IMG/VR virus record: IMGVR_UViG_3300044632_001398
Coordinates: 1-64,000 of that record
Origin: a virus
Length of the DNA: 64,000 nucleotides
Strand: one strand, 5' to 3'
Within the stretch, counting starts at the first letter, position 1. Every line of letters starts with the position of its first letter. Of the stretch, positions 48,598-58,302 are shown one piece after another. The translations under genes were made by a program, and so were the position numbers. The notes under the pieces were generated by a model, which saw only the letters and a program-made list of their open reading frames with translations, was not told the DNA's origin and did no database searches.

Positions 48598-51327
48598 ATG
48601 AAAATCTTAGCACACACTTGTTTTATTGGAACCACCGGATACGCAAATCATGCACGTTCCTTTTTTACTGCACTTAATAAACATCACACTGTAAAGGTTA
48701 GGAATTTAACTATTGGTAATGGTTGGAAAGGTATGAATGATACTCCACACGATGATGAACCATATATTACTGGTGAGATGAAGGACATGTTAATTCAACA
48801 AACCCTTAATAATCAAGATGGTACGAGAACTGATTTCAATATGTATGGATATAAAGGTGATTTTACACCCGATGTTCATATTGTTTTAATGGAGACCAAT
48901 AATTATTATTTCTATGACAATTATGAAGGGTACAAGATAGCGTATAACGTTTGGGAATCAACACGTTATCCAGAAGATTTCTTTAGAAGATTATTTTATT
49001 TTGATGAAGTATGGGTACCAACTCAATGGCAATTTGATTGTTTAGTTGAACAAGGATACCCATCAGAAAAGATTTTTATTGTACCTGAAGGTGTTGATGT
49101 TGAAACATTTAAACCAATTAAAAAATCACTTAAAAAATCTACCACTAAATTTAGATTTTTATATTTTGGTAGATGGGATTATAGAAAGGGAACTACCGAG
49201 GTGTTAAAGACTTTTGGTGAAACTTTTAAGGATAGAACCGATGTTGAATTAATTGCGTCGGTTGAAAACCCATATCCATATGATGGACTCAAGAGTACGG
49301 AAGAAAGAGTTAAAACATATGGAATTGATGATACTAATATCAAGTTCATTAAATTCACATCAAGAGAAGATTATGTGAAATATTTACAAATGGGTGATGT
49401 ATTCATATCATGTGCTCGTAGTGAAGGATGGAATCTACCATTAATTGAGGCGATGTCATGTGGAACACCATCAATATATTCTAATTGGGGAGGACAACTA
49501 CAATTTGCAAAAGATAAAGGTATACCCGTTAAAATATCTCATTTAAGACCTGCCAACATAGAACATAAAGAATGGCCAGGTGAATATTGTGAACCAGATT
49601 GGAAAGATTTAGGTGAACAAATGTTAGATGCTGTTAAAAACTACTCAGAATATAAATCAAAATCAATAAAAGACTCAAAAGAAATTCACAAGAATTTTAA
49701 TTGGGACACAGTTGCAAAAGGGGCGTCAGATATATTAACAAGACATTCCAAACCGTTTGCATTTGTTACTACAGGTAATATGGGATATATGCCTGTGATT
49801 GAGAAATTAGTACAATCGCTATTAGAATTTTCAGAACAAAAGATAATTGTTTATGGAGTTGATTGTGAAGTTCCATTTGATTATCCAAATGTTATCAAAA
49901 GAACCATAAATCCATCAAAAATATCTGAACACGATAAATGGTATTGGAAACAATATGCTTGTTTAGAATCATTAAAAGAAGGATTTGAATACCTTATATG
50001 GATTGACGGAGATGTTGTGGTAAATCATAATATAGATACTGTAAGAAAATATTTTAAACAAGTTGGAAGATATCCATTATCCGATATTCACGTTCAAGAA
50101 GAGTTCTTTGGGATGTATGATAATGGAACTAAATCACAATTGTTTAATGAAGAACTTGCAAAGAAATGGGGTATTGAAAAAAGACAACCATATATGCACG
50201 TTTGTTTCTTCATTTACAATAATGGGTCAGAAGCATTCTTTGATAGTATTTTACACACTTACAAAACATTAATGGTAGAAGAGCCAGAAAACTATAAGAA
50301 ATATTTCTTATGGAATGATGAAGGTATTGATAATGCAATTAGGTGGAAAAATGGATATACAAATCACTTACCACTATCAAACTTTGATACATCATCGTAT
50401 GATGGTGATGAAGGGTTTATTGATAAGACATTACATCAATTTTATAAGTTTTGGAATGAAGAAGGACCACAAAATTTTGATAGAATATTTGGTTATCAAT
50501 ATATTCCTAAAGATAAATCTGATATAATCTATTTTCATGGAAATAAAAATGCTGAGATATCTGATAAGATGATTCAGTTTATTAAGATGCAAAGAGATAA
50601 TTCATTTTATAAATCAATGTGTTTTTATACGGATGTTTATAAATTAGAAAATTTTGAATCTCTATTTGAATATGAAGGTGGAACAATCGATGTAGCAAAC
50701 AAGTTTGGTTGGGCAACTGCAATATTCCACGAGATTTTTAACTTAAGAGATTACTACCACAATAGAATTAAAAGAATACATGAAGGAGATATTGTAGTTG
50801 ATTTAGGTGGAAATATGGGGATATTCAATAGATGGGCATATAGTCAAGGTGCTAAGCGAGTAATTTCTTTTGAACCTGACAAAAGATACTTTAAATTGTT
50901 ATCATTAAATACGGACCCACGTTCTTTATTGTTTAATGGTGCAGTTAGTAATCAAGTAGGTGAATTAGAATTACATGAAAGTTCTCATTTAGGTGGATCT
51001 AATGTTTTTGGAACACAGGAAAATGCGAAGAAATATAAGGTAAGAACATACACTTTAGATTATCTATTTGAGTGTGGTTTAATTGAACATATTGATTTTC
51101 TAAAAGTTGATATTGAGGGTGCTGAACATTTAGCATTTGGTGGAATTTCTGATGAGAATTTAATGAAAGTTAAAAACATCGCAATGGAGTATCACCATGG
51201 ACATTTTAATTACGATGAGGAACTTAGAAATAATTTCATCACTAAGATGAATAGTTTAGGATTTAATTCTTACTTGGTGTTTATGGGAAATAATAATGAA
51301 TTACAGATGATTTACTTCTGGAGATAA
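48598..51327 (+). CDS. Trifunctional GT4 + GT-A + FkbM methyltransferase
   Basis: GRWDYRKG, EGWNLPLIEAMSCG; WIDGD, WNDE, FHGNK; VDLGGNMG, FEP, KVDIEGAE, EYH. Confidence 0.85.
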   Translation: MKILAHTCFIGTTGYANHARSFFTALNKHHTVKVRNLTIGNGWKGMNDTPHDDEPYITGEMKDMLIQQTLNNQDGTRTDFNMYGYKGDFTPDVHIVLMETNNYYFYDNYEGYKIAYNVWESTRYPEDFFRRLFYFDEVWVPTQWQFDCLVEQGYPSEKIFIVPEGVDVETFKPIKKSLKKSTTKFRFLYFGRWDYRKGTTEVLKTFGETFKDRTDVELIASVENPYPYDGLKSTEERVKTYGIDDTNIKFIKFTSREDYVKYLQMGDVFISCARSEGWNLPLIEAMSCGTPSIYSNWGGQLQFAKDKGIPVKISHLRPANIEHKEWPGEYCEPDWKDLGEQMLDAVKNYSEYKSKSIKDSKEIHKNFNWDTVAKGASDILTRHSKPFAFVTTGNMGYMPVIEKLVQSLLEFSEQKIIVYGVDCEVPFDYPNVIKRTINPSKISEHDKWYWKQYACLESLKEGFEYLIWIDGDVVVNHNIDTVRKYFKQVGRYPLSDIHVQEEFFGMYDNGTKSQLFNEELAKKWGIEKRQPYMHVCFFIYNNGSEAFFDSILHTYKTLMVEEPENYKKYFLWNDEGIDNAIRWKNGYTNHLPLSNFDTSSYDGDEGFIDKTLHQFYKFWNEEGPQNFDRIFGYQYIPKDKSDIIYFHGNKNAEISDKMIQFIKMQRDNSFYKSMCFYTDVYKLENFESLFEYEGGTIDVANKFGWATAIFHEIFNLRDYYHNRIKRIHEGDIVVDLGGNMGIFNRWAYSQGAKRVISFEPDKRYFKLLSLNTDPRSLLFNGAVSNQVGELELHESSHLGGSNVFGTQENAKKYKVRTYTLDYLFECGLIEHIDFLKVDIEGAEHLAFGGISDENLMKVKNIAMEYHHGHFNYDEELRNNFITKMNSLGFNSYLVFMGNNNELQMIYFWR

Positions 51328-51337
51328 AAAATATAAA

Positions 51338-53485
51338 ATGGGATATACACAATTTACTGAAGATGTTTTTATAGTTGACTGTTGGACAGACACAATAGAA
51401 AAAGAAAATACATTAATAGAGTTACTTAATAGACTAAAGGTTTATAATTCACCAATTATATTGTGCGGACATTATCCAATTAAACCTGAAATACAAAAGT
51501 TAGTTGATTATTATTTGTACGACGCTAACAATGATATATTATTAGAAAAAGATTTTGAAGAGTATGGTGTTAATAGTGATAGATGGACATCTATGGGTGA
51601 ATTGACTATTACTAACAAAACGGAATTCCATCACGACTATGCAATTTGGATTACTATGAAGAATGCATTTGCATTAGCTGAAAGATTAGGAAAAAAATAT
51701 ATTCACTTTTTGGAGTTTGATAACTTACCAGATGAAGTACAATACCGACAATCTTTTATGGAATACGTTAGACATAACGATGCGGTTGTATACGAATATT
51801 CTCAAGGTTCAACTAAAGAAAGTAATCCATACAGTTCAACGTATATCTTCTCAATTAAAACGGATATTGCAAATAGATTAATTAATACAATTAATTCTAA
51901 AGAAGAATATTTTAAAGGTAAACCTGATAGATGGCAATTAGAGAAGGTATTCTATCAAACACTTAAGAGTATAACTAATAGTATTTTTATTAGTAAGTAC
52001 ATTCCTAACGATAATGAATTGAATATATTTGCAGCGTGGAATAGAAACGGAATAATTAGAAATGGTGCGAGATTCCAAACATATTTAGCTGTTGATGAAT
52101 ATAAACAATTGTTTATACATTTCATTTCGGGATTCTCAGAAAAACCTACAGATAAAGATTACATAGTTGAAGTCGTATGTGGTCAATATAAGAGATTTCA
52201 TTTAGTTAAGAAAGGAGAGTTCCATTTGGATAAAATCGGCGAATACATTAAAGGAGAAACTGTAAAAGTTTATTACCAAGGTATTGAAGTCTTCAAACAA
52301 GAATTAAAAGATGAATTTGAAGAGTTTAGAAGAAAGAATAAACTAACCAGAAACACCTTAATTAAAAAACCATCTAACCCAAATAAACAAACTATAGTAC
52401 ATTTTGTTGACGGTCCTTATGTTGAAATTAAAGAAGAGGGAGATTTTTTATATAATGTTCAATTCATTAATAAAAAAAATAACACTATTGAGTTTGAAAT
52501 TAATTTAAAGAGTAATCATTGGGCAAGATGTAATAAGAAATACTATGTTGATTGGTTAGTTAAGATAAAAGGTATTGATAATGACTATTACCACGAACAC
52601 AGTTTAAATTTAGAGAATAGAAGGGTAATGATATGTTTTGAATCTAAATCTTTGGGAGATAATTTAGCGTGGGTACCATATGTTGAAAAATTTAGACAAG
52701 AACATAAGTGTCATGTGATATGTTCAACATTTAATAATAATTTATTTAAAAGTGAGTACCCAAATATTGAATTTGTTTTACCTGGTAGTACTGTAGATAA
52801 CGTTTATTCACTTTATCGTTTAGGGGTATTTTATGATGATAAAAGAAAGATTGAGGAATCAAGACATCCAAATGACCCCAAAAAAGAACCATTGATGAAA
52901 GTCGGTTCGGATATATTAGGATTAAATTATGAGGAATTAACACCAAAATTACCAACCTATGGAAAAGATAAGAAAAAGTTAATATCAATCGCCACTCATT
53001 CAACGGCTCAAGCAAAATATTGGAATAACCCAACAGGTTGGCAAGATGTGGTTGATTATTTGATAGGTGAGGGATATGAAGTTAGATTATTATCAAGAGA
53101 AGAAGATGGGTATATGGGTAATAAGAACCCTAAAGGTGTGATTCAACAACCAAATGGACCATTAGAGGATATTATTAAGGTTTTACAGGAATCTGAACTG
53201 TTTATTGGTATTAGTAGTGGTTTAAGTTGGTTATCATGGGCATCTGGAACACCAACAGTTATTATTTCGGGTTTTACCGATGAAGATTTGGAACCAAAAA
53301 TAGGAGTTACACGTATTATTAATAAAGAAGTTTGTAATAGTTGTTGGTCTAATTATGAGTTTGACCCAGGTGATTGGAACTGGTGCCCTGTTCATAAAGG
53401 TACAAAAAGACAATTTGTGTGTTCAAAAACAATCACTTCAAAGGATGTTATAGAAAAAATTCGTAAATTATTAGGAAAAAAATAA
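51338..53485 (+). CDS. AAH/TibC-like (autotransporter-type) protein O-heptosyltransferase with extra N-terminal domain
   Basis: SLGDNLAW.PY, STAQAKYWNNPTGW, FIGISSGLSWLSW, ISGF, CNSCW..WNWCP..C Cys motif. Confidence 0.8.
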   Translation: MGYTQFTEDVFIVDCWTDTIEKENTLIELLNRLKVYNSPIILCGHYPIKPEIQKLVDYYLYDANNDILLEKDFEEYGVNSDRWTSMGELTITNKTEFHHDYAIWITMKNAFALAERLGKKYIHFLEFDNLPDEVQYRQSFMEYVRHNDAVVYEYSQGSTKESNPYSSTYIFSIKTDIANRLINTINSKEEYFKGKPDRWQLEKVFYQTLKSITNSIFISKYIPNDNELNIFAAWNRNGIIRNGARFQTYLAVDEYKQLFIHFISGFSEKPTDKDYIVEVVCGQYKRFHLVKKGEFHLDKIGEYIKGETVKVYYQGIEVFKQELKDEFEEFRRKNKLTRNTLIKKPSNPNKQTIVHFVDGPYVEIKEEGDFLYNVQFINKKNNTIEFEINLKSNHWARCNKKYYVDWLVKIKGIDNDYYHEHSLNLENRRVMICFESKSLGDNLAWVPYVEKFRQEHKCHVICSTFNNNLFKSEYPNIEFVLPGSTVDNVYSLYRLGVFYDDKRKIEESRHPNDPKKEPLMKVGSDILGLNYEELTPKLPTYGKDKKKLISIATHSTAQAKYWNNPTGWQDVVDYLIGEGYEVRLLSREEDGYMGNKNPKGVIQQPNGPLEDIIKVLQESELFIGISSGLSWLSWASGTPTVIISGFTDEDLEPKIGVTRIINKEVCNSCWSNYEFDPGDWNWCPVHKGTKRQFVCSKTITSKDVIEKIRKLLGKK

Positions 53486-53515
53486 AAACTATAAAATTAA
53501 TTGTAAAAATGGCAG

Positions 53516-53523
53516 TATTTATA
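53516..53523 (+). promoter_or_regulatory. Class I TATTTATA motif
   Basis: 21 nt before fibre ATG 53545. Confidence 0.55.
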
Positions 53524-53544
53524 TGAGTATAACAACATACTCAT

Positions 53545-54768
53545 ATGAATATATTTGATCCATTTGTCTCAGGTAATCTCTCCGTATCAGGTTCGGTAAA
53601 TATATCGGGCTCAATGACAGTAGGAGGAACGATTAACGCCACTATTAGTGGTACGACATCAGAAGCACTAAACTCACAAAAATTAAATAACCAAGAGTCG
53701 TCCTATTACGCTATTACGGGAAGTAACTTATTTAAGGCGAACCAAACAATTAGTGGTTCGATAATCCCCGCCGTTACTAATGCTTACGATTTGGGTGACG
53801 CAACACATTGGTGGAAGGACATCTACGTATCAACAGGGTCCATCTTCATTGGTGGAATTAAAGCTATCAGTACAAACTCCGATGGTACAATACAAGTAGG
53901 TACTCAAGTTGTACAAACTTCAGCGAGTTTGGCTTTAGTAGGTCTTCCAGTTCCTCCAACAGGTTCTGCAGGATCAAGTCAAAGTACATTAGTAGGTAGT
54001 CAAAATATTACAGGTAGTCAAGCCATCACAGGTAGCATGTCTGTTAGTGGTAGTATGGTTGTAACTGGTTCATTGTTCATTAATGGAACATCATATACCG
54101 CAGCAACATCAGGAACATCTGGTTCTTCAGGTACTTCAGGTTCTAGTGGTTCATCAGGTACTTCAGGTTCTAGTGGTTCATCAGGTACTTCAGGTTCTAG
54201 TGGTTCATCAGGTACTTCAGGTTCTAGTGGTTCAAGTGGAACATCTGGTTCTTCAGGATCATCTGGTTCTTCAGGATCATCTGGTACAACAACGGTAACA
54301 AATGCGTCCGCTGATCGTGTAATGACAAGTGAAGGTGGAGTAACTATAAATGGTGAGGCAAACTTAACATTTAACGGAACAACTTTATATGTAAACGGAG
54401 CGTTAGGTGTAGGAACATCAACACCAACAACAACAGGTTTGATTAGAGCAACAAACGACGTTATTGCTTATTTTTCATCTGATGAAAGATTAAAAGAAAA
54501 TTTTGAACCAATTGTAAATTCTTTAGAAAAACTACAACAAATTAATGGTTATAGTTTTGATTGGGTTCCTATGGAAGGTATTCACGAAAATGAAGGTCAC
54601 GATATCGGTGTTAAAGCACAAGAAATTGAGGCTGTTTTACCTGAATTAGTTACAACAAGAGATAATGGTTATAAAGCCGTGAAGTATGAAAAATTAGTAG
54701 CTTTATTGATTGAAACAAATAAAGAATTATTAAAGAGAGTTGAAGCTTTAGAATCTAAAATAAAATAG
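53545..54768 (+). CDS. Tail fibre with Gly-Xaa-Ser tract and peptidase S74 intramolecular chaperone
   Basis: YDLGD.T..W..IY, about 20 GxS triplets, SSDERLKEN...GVKAQEIE.VLPELV..V.YEKLVALLIE..KEL. Confidence 0.9.
   Translation: MNIFDPFVSGNLSVSGSVNISGSMTVGGTINATISGTTSEALNSQKLNNQESSYYAITGSNLFKANQTISGSIIPAVTNAYDLGDATHWWKDIYVSTGSIFIGGIKAISTNSDGTIQVGTQVVQTSASLALVGLPVPPTGSAGSSQSTLVGSQNITGSQAITGSMSVSGSMVVTGSLFINGTSYTAATSGTSGSSGTSGSSGSSGTSGSSGSSGTSGSSGSSGTSGSSGSSGTSGSSGSSGSSGSSGTTTVTNASADRVMTSEGGVTINGEANLTFNGTTLYVNGALGVGTSTPTTTGLIRATNDVIAYFSSDERLKENFEPIVNSLEKLQQINGYSFDWVPMEGIHENEGHDIGVKAQEIEAVLPELVTTRDNGYKAVKYEKLVALLIETNKELLKRVEALESKIK
54127..54234 (+). repeat. 4 x 27-bp perfect tandem repeat (SGTSGSSGS)
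   Basis: tcaggtacttcaggttctagtggttca at 54127, 54154, 54181, 54208. Confidence 0.9.
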
Positions 54769-54779
54769 TTAAATTACTG

Positions 54780-54819
54780 ATACTCACCACGTCCTAAAAA
54801 AATGTGGTGAGTATTTATA
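54780..54819 (+). promoter_or_regulatory. 11-bp hairpin overlapping a class I TATTTATA motif (terminator/promoter junction)
   Basis: ATACTCACCAC (54780-54790) / GTGGTGAGTAT (54804-54814); TATTTATA 54812-54819. Confidence 0.6.
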
Positions 54820-54852
54820 AAGACATTTGTGTTTAAATTATAAGAATTAGTT

Positions 54853-55071
54853 ATGGGTACAGTACCAGCAACAGGATCAGAAGTAAGTATGGGTAGAATT
54901 AGTGTAGTTTTAGGTTTAGCAGCTACACCAGGACAAGTTCAAGTAGGACTTAACTCAACATTGGGTGTTGGTCGTAACCGTTCATATTCAGGTGTTGCAA
55001 GTATTCCTTCAGGTTCCGAATCAGAAGAAAGTGCGGATTTCGGTGGTTTATCGGGTTCAGGTACATACTAA
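54853..55071 (+). CDS. 72-aa Gly/Ser-rich putative virion protein
   Basis: VPATGSEVSMG.I ... IPSG....ADFGG resembles short fibre-associated phage motifs. Confidence 0.6.
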   Translation: MGTVPATGSEVSMGRISVVLGLAATPGQVQVGLNSTLGVGRNRSYSGVASIPSGSESEESADFGGLSGSGTY

Positions 55072-55109
55072 TATTTCCTTTTTTCATTTATTTTTATTAT
55101 ATTATACGT

Positions 55110-55553
55110 ATGAATCTTACGTATAAGAAATACCCCTCAAAATACGAATTAGAATACGTTAAATGGAACGGTATTAACTTTGATAGAGAAAGACTCATCA
55201 AGTTTGTTAAACGTCTCAAATTGACGTATTTTTTGTCTTTTATACCCTATTATAGAAGAGAACATCAAATGTTAACCGAAATACTTGATTCATACGATAA
55301 AGACCGTATTGAGGGTTTATTGAATGGGAATCAAGAAGTATTAAAAAGATGTCTTATTGAAAAATGGGCTAGAATTGCATCAACTGACATTCTATTAACA
55401 AATACGTATTCAAGATTAACATTTACTACGATATCTAATTTACCAATCAAAGATTATCAACTCCTAATGAAAAGAGTTGAAGAGATGGTTGAGGCGGGAA
55501 GAAATTTAACATATCAAAGTAATAAAATAACAGATAACACACCCGGTACATGA
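55110..55553 (+). CDS. Hypothetical protein
   Basis: 147-aa ORF preceded by TTTC-N20-TATATTAT. Confidence 0.65.
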   Translation: MNLTYKKYPSKYELEYVKWNGINFDRERLIKFVKRLKLTYFLSFIPYYRREHQMLTEILDSYDKDRIEGLLNGNQEVLKRCLIEKWARIASTDILLTNTYSRLTFTTISNLPIKDYQLLMKRVEEMVEAGRNLTYQSNKITDNTPGT

Positions 55554-56185
55554 GTAAATCAATCAACAATAGTTCAATGTGGGAAGTAAAACCACTTAAA
55601 TTATCAATATTAGTTCCAACAAGAGATACAGTTCACAGTCAATTTGCTTATTGTTTAACACAGTTGTATAATTTAACAAGAGAGGCTGGTATAGATGCTT
55701 ATTTGTTCTTTGATTCCAGTACTATTTTATTAAATCAAAGGAACAATCTTGTTAAAAAGGCTAAGGAAGTAAATTCAGATTATATTCTTTGGTTAGATAG
55801 TGATATGACATATCCAGCAACCACAGCTCTACGTCTTTTAGAACACAATAAGGACATTGTTGCATGTAACTATAGTAAACGTACCAAACCACTTAAAACA
55901 GTTGCATATACCAATTTAAATGATTGGGACAGTTGGGTACATATGGAACCCCAAGATGAACTTGTTAAAGTTGAAGGTGTTGGTATGGGATGTATGTTAA
56001 TGAAATTAGATATTTTTGAAAAACTTCAAAAACCTTACTTTGAATTTAGATACAAAGAAGATACCCAAGATTATTTCGGAGAAGATTTTATACTGTTAGG
56101 TAAATTGAGAGAACAAGGATACGATGTTTTTATTGATACTGTTTTAAGTATGGATATAAAACATCTTGGTATCTACGCTTTTTAA
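55550..56185 (+). CDS. GT2-like glycosyltransferase
   Basis: ILVPTRD, LWLDSDM, GMGCML, GEDF, H.G. Confidence 0.8.
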   Translation: MSKSINNSSMWEVKPLKLSILVPTRDTVHSQFAYCLTQLYNLTREAGIDAYLFFDSSTILLNQRNNLVKKAKEVNSDYILWLDSDMTYPATTALRLLEHNKDIVACNYSKRTKPLKTVAYTNLNDWDSWVHMEPQDELVKVEGVGMGCMLMKLDIFEKLQKPYFEFRYKEDTQDYFGEDFILLGKLREQGYDVFIDTVLSMDIKHLGIYAF

Positions 56186-57282
56186 AGTTTGTTCTTAATT
56201 TCTATTTTAAAGTTACCGATTTTATATTCTCCAACATCGTACTTAGGTAATGTTGCTCTTAATACGAACAATAAATTAAAATCATTATCAGTTAATTCAT
56301 CAGCGTAAACCATTACATCAACATTATCAGTATCAATAAATTTTGATTTTAAATCGTATCGTGTATTTTTTTGTTCAAGTTCAATATATTCATCAGGACT
56401 TTCACCTAAATTAATTTTATTAAAGAAAGGTTCAATATCAAATAAACGACTTTTATTGTTAATTGTTAAACCCATTGTGTAAGTTTTAAATTCAAAATTT
56501 TCTTGATTTTGATAATTCAATTGATTAAATGTATGAATTGGTATTCCCCATTTTCTAACAAAGTTTCTATTTGATGCAAATTCAATATTACCACGATTAT
56601 CTTTCATTTCTTCACTAAATCTTGATGTCTGCGAAACAAAATGATAAACAATTGCAGAATCACAAGTTTTTAATTTATAACCTTTTAGTTTCGCACGAAT
56701 TAAAAAGTCATCATCTTCACAAAAACATGGTACAAAACTAAAACCATCAAAACCATTTAAATCTTGAAATACTTTCTTGTATGCTGACATGAAGAACACC
56801 GCACCATCATATAAATTATTACTTCCATTCCATTGTTGAACGTAGTTGTTAAAATGAAAATTATCAAAGTCCTCAAATGAACTTCCTAAATCTAATAATA
56901 CTTTACCTGGTCTTTGATGTCCTTTGAATATTGGAGGTTCAATTGTTGTGTAAGATAAAATCATATCATCAGTAAGAAGTCTTTCAATTGATTCTAAAAA
57001 TCCTTCACCAATAACCATATCATTATGAATAAGAACAATTTTTTCAGTATCAACTAAGTCTATACCCGCATTATATGTTTCTGAAAATGTTAATCTAGTA
57101 TCATCATGGAAAAACGATAGTTCATTATCTTCTAATGATTCCAACCATTCTTTCGTTCCGTCAGATGAACCACCACTACTGATAACTAATGGTGACGTAG
57201 GATATATCTCACGTAATCTTTTATAACATTCTTTTGTTAATTCTAATTTATTGTAAACCGCCAGTACGAAACTTATATTCAT
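56182..57282 (-). CDS. GT2 glycosyltransferase
   Basis: VYN, SDGT, IHNDM, EDDDF..R, VYHF. Confidence 0.8.
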   Translation of the reverse strand: MNISFVLAVYNKLELTKECYKRLREIYPTSPLVISSGGSSDGTKEWLESLEDNELSFFHDDTRLTFSETYNAGIDLVDTEKIVLIHNDMVIGEGFLESIERLLTDDMILSYTTIEPPIFKGHQRPGKVLLDLGSSFEDFDNFHFNNYVQQWNGSNNLYDGAVFFMSAYKKVFQDLNGFDGFSFVPCFCEDDDFLIRAKLKGYKLKTCDSAIVYHFVSQTSRFSEEMKDNRGNIEFASNRNFVRKWGIPIHTFNQLNYQNQENFEFKTYTMGLTINNKSRLFDIEPFFNKINLGESPDEYIELEQKNTRYDLKSKFIDTDNVDVMVYADELTDNDFNLLFVLRATLPKYDVGEYKIGNFKIEIKNKL

Positions 57283-57737
57283 TTTATTATTTTTTTTATT
57301 ATTGGTCTATTTGTCACCCATATATAGTACTTATCTTCAAACTTTTTAATAAATTCATCTAAAAAATCTTTATTTGTAAAATAAATCCCATCAAATATAT
57401 AAAATGATTCATTTCTTTTGTATATAAAATTATAACAATAGTTAATAAAATCTATTTTATTGTTATTAACCTCGTCAACAAAATGATTTATGGATTTCAA
57501 AGACATTTTAAATCCTTTTTTATTTACCATATCATTGATACTTTTTATAGGTAAATTTTTATCAACTGTAATTTGGTCTAAACTAACATAATAAGATTTA
57601 GGTATAGTTTTTAACACAAAACTTAAATTAGTTTTTCCGTCCATCGGTTCACCCGATACTATCATAAGTGTCGGCATTTTAGGTTTATAAAACCCTCTGG
57701 GTCTTATAAAGTGGTCTTCAATACTAATTATGGACAT
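57279..57737 (-). CDS. P-loop kinase-like protein
   Basis: SGEPMDGKT Walker A-like motif, IFDG. Confidence 0.5.
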   Translation of the reverse strand: MSIISIEDHFIRPRGFYKPKMPTLMIVSGEPMDGKTNLSFVLKTIPKSYYVSLDQITVDKNLPIKSINDMVNKKGFKMSLKSINHFVDEVNNNKIDFINYCYNFIYKRNESFYIFDGIYFTNKDFLDEFIKKFEDKYYIWVTNRPIIKKIIK

Positions 57738-58302
57738 ATAGTGGTTTATTTATTTTTTTAATAGTTCCGTGAGGATATTTTCTCAGGTATTCCTCAACAA
57801 ATAAACCATCAGATTGTTCATATGTAGTATCTAATTTTATATTTTTTGCCAAATCTGTTTTAGACATAAAATTACCAATATCAATAGCACCAAGTTTTGG
57901 CATCGAGTTAATATGAAGATATTGTTGTTGCGTCCAATTATGTATCATATTACAATATACAAAATGAGTTTTATCGTCCACTGAATTTAAAAAATCATCT
58001 ACGAATACCGGCATATAATAATTATCGTCGCCAGTCATTACGACCCATTCTTCAGTTGCATTTTGTAATCCATAATTTCTTGGGGTATGCCCCCAATCTT
58101 TATGTGGACCATTTAATTCTGTAAATCTTATTCTATCATCACCGTTAAAATAATCTTTTACTTTTTGATAACCATCATAAACAGCATCCGCAACAACGTG
58201 TATTTTCCAATTAGGTGATGACTGAGAAAATATTGAACTAATGACACCCATCAATTGATTAGGTCTATTATAAGTTGGGATTATAAATTCTATTTTACTC
58301 AT
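57724..58302 (-). CDS. GT2 glycosyltransferase
   Basis: IIPTYNR, RNYGL, GDDNY. Confidence 0.8.
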   Translation of the reverse strand: MSKIEFIIPTYNRPNQLMGVISSIFSQSSPNWKIHVVADAVYDGYQKVKDYFNGDDRIRFTELNGPHKDWGHTPRNYGLQNATEEWVVMTGDDNYYMPVFVDDFLNSVDDKTHFVYCNMIHNWTQQQYLHINSMPKLGAIDIGNFMSKTDLAKNIKLDTTYEQSDGLFVEEYLRKYPHGTIKKINKPLYVHN

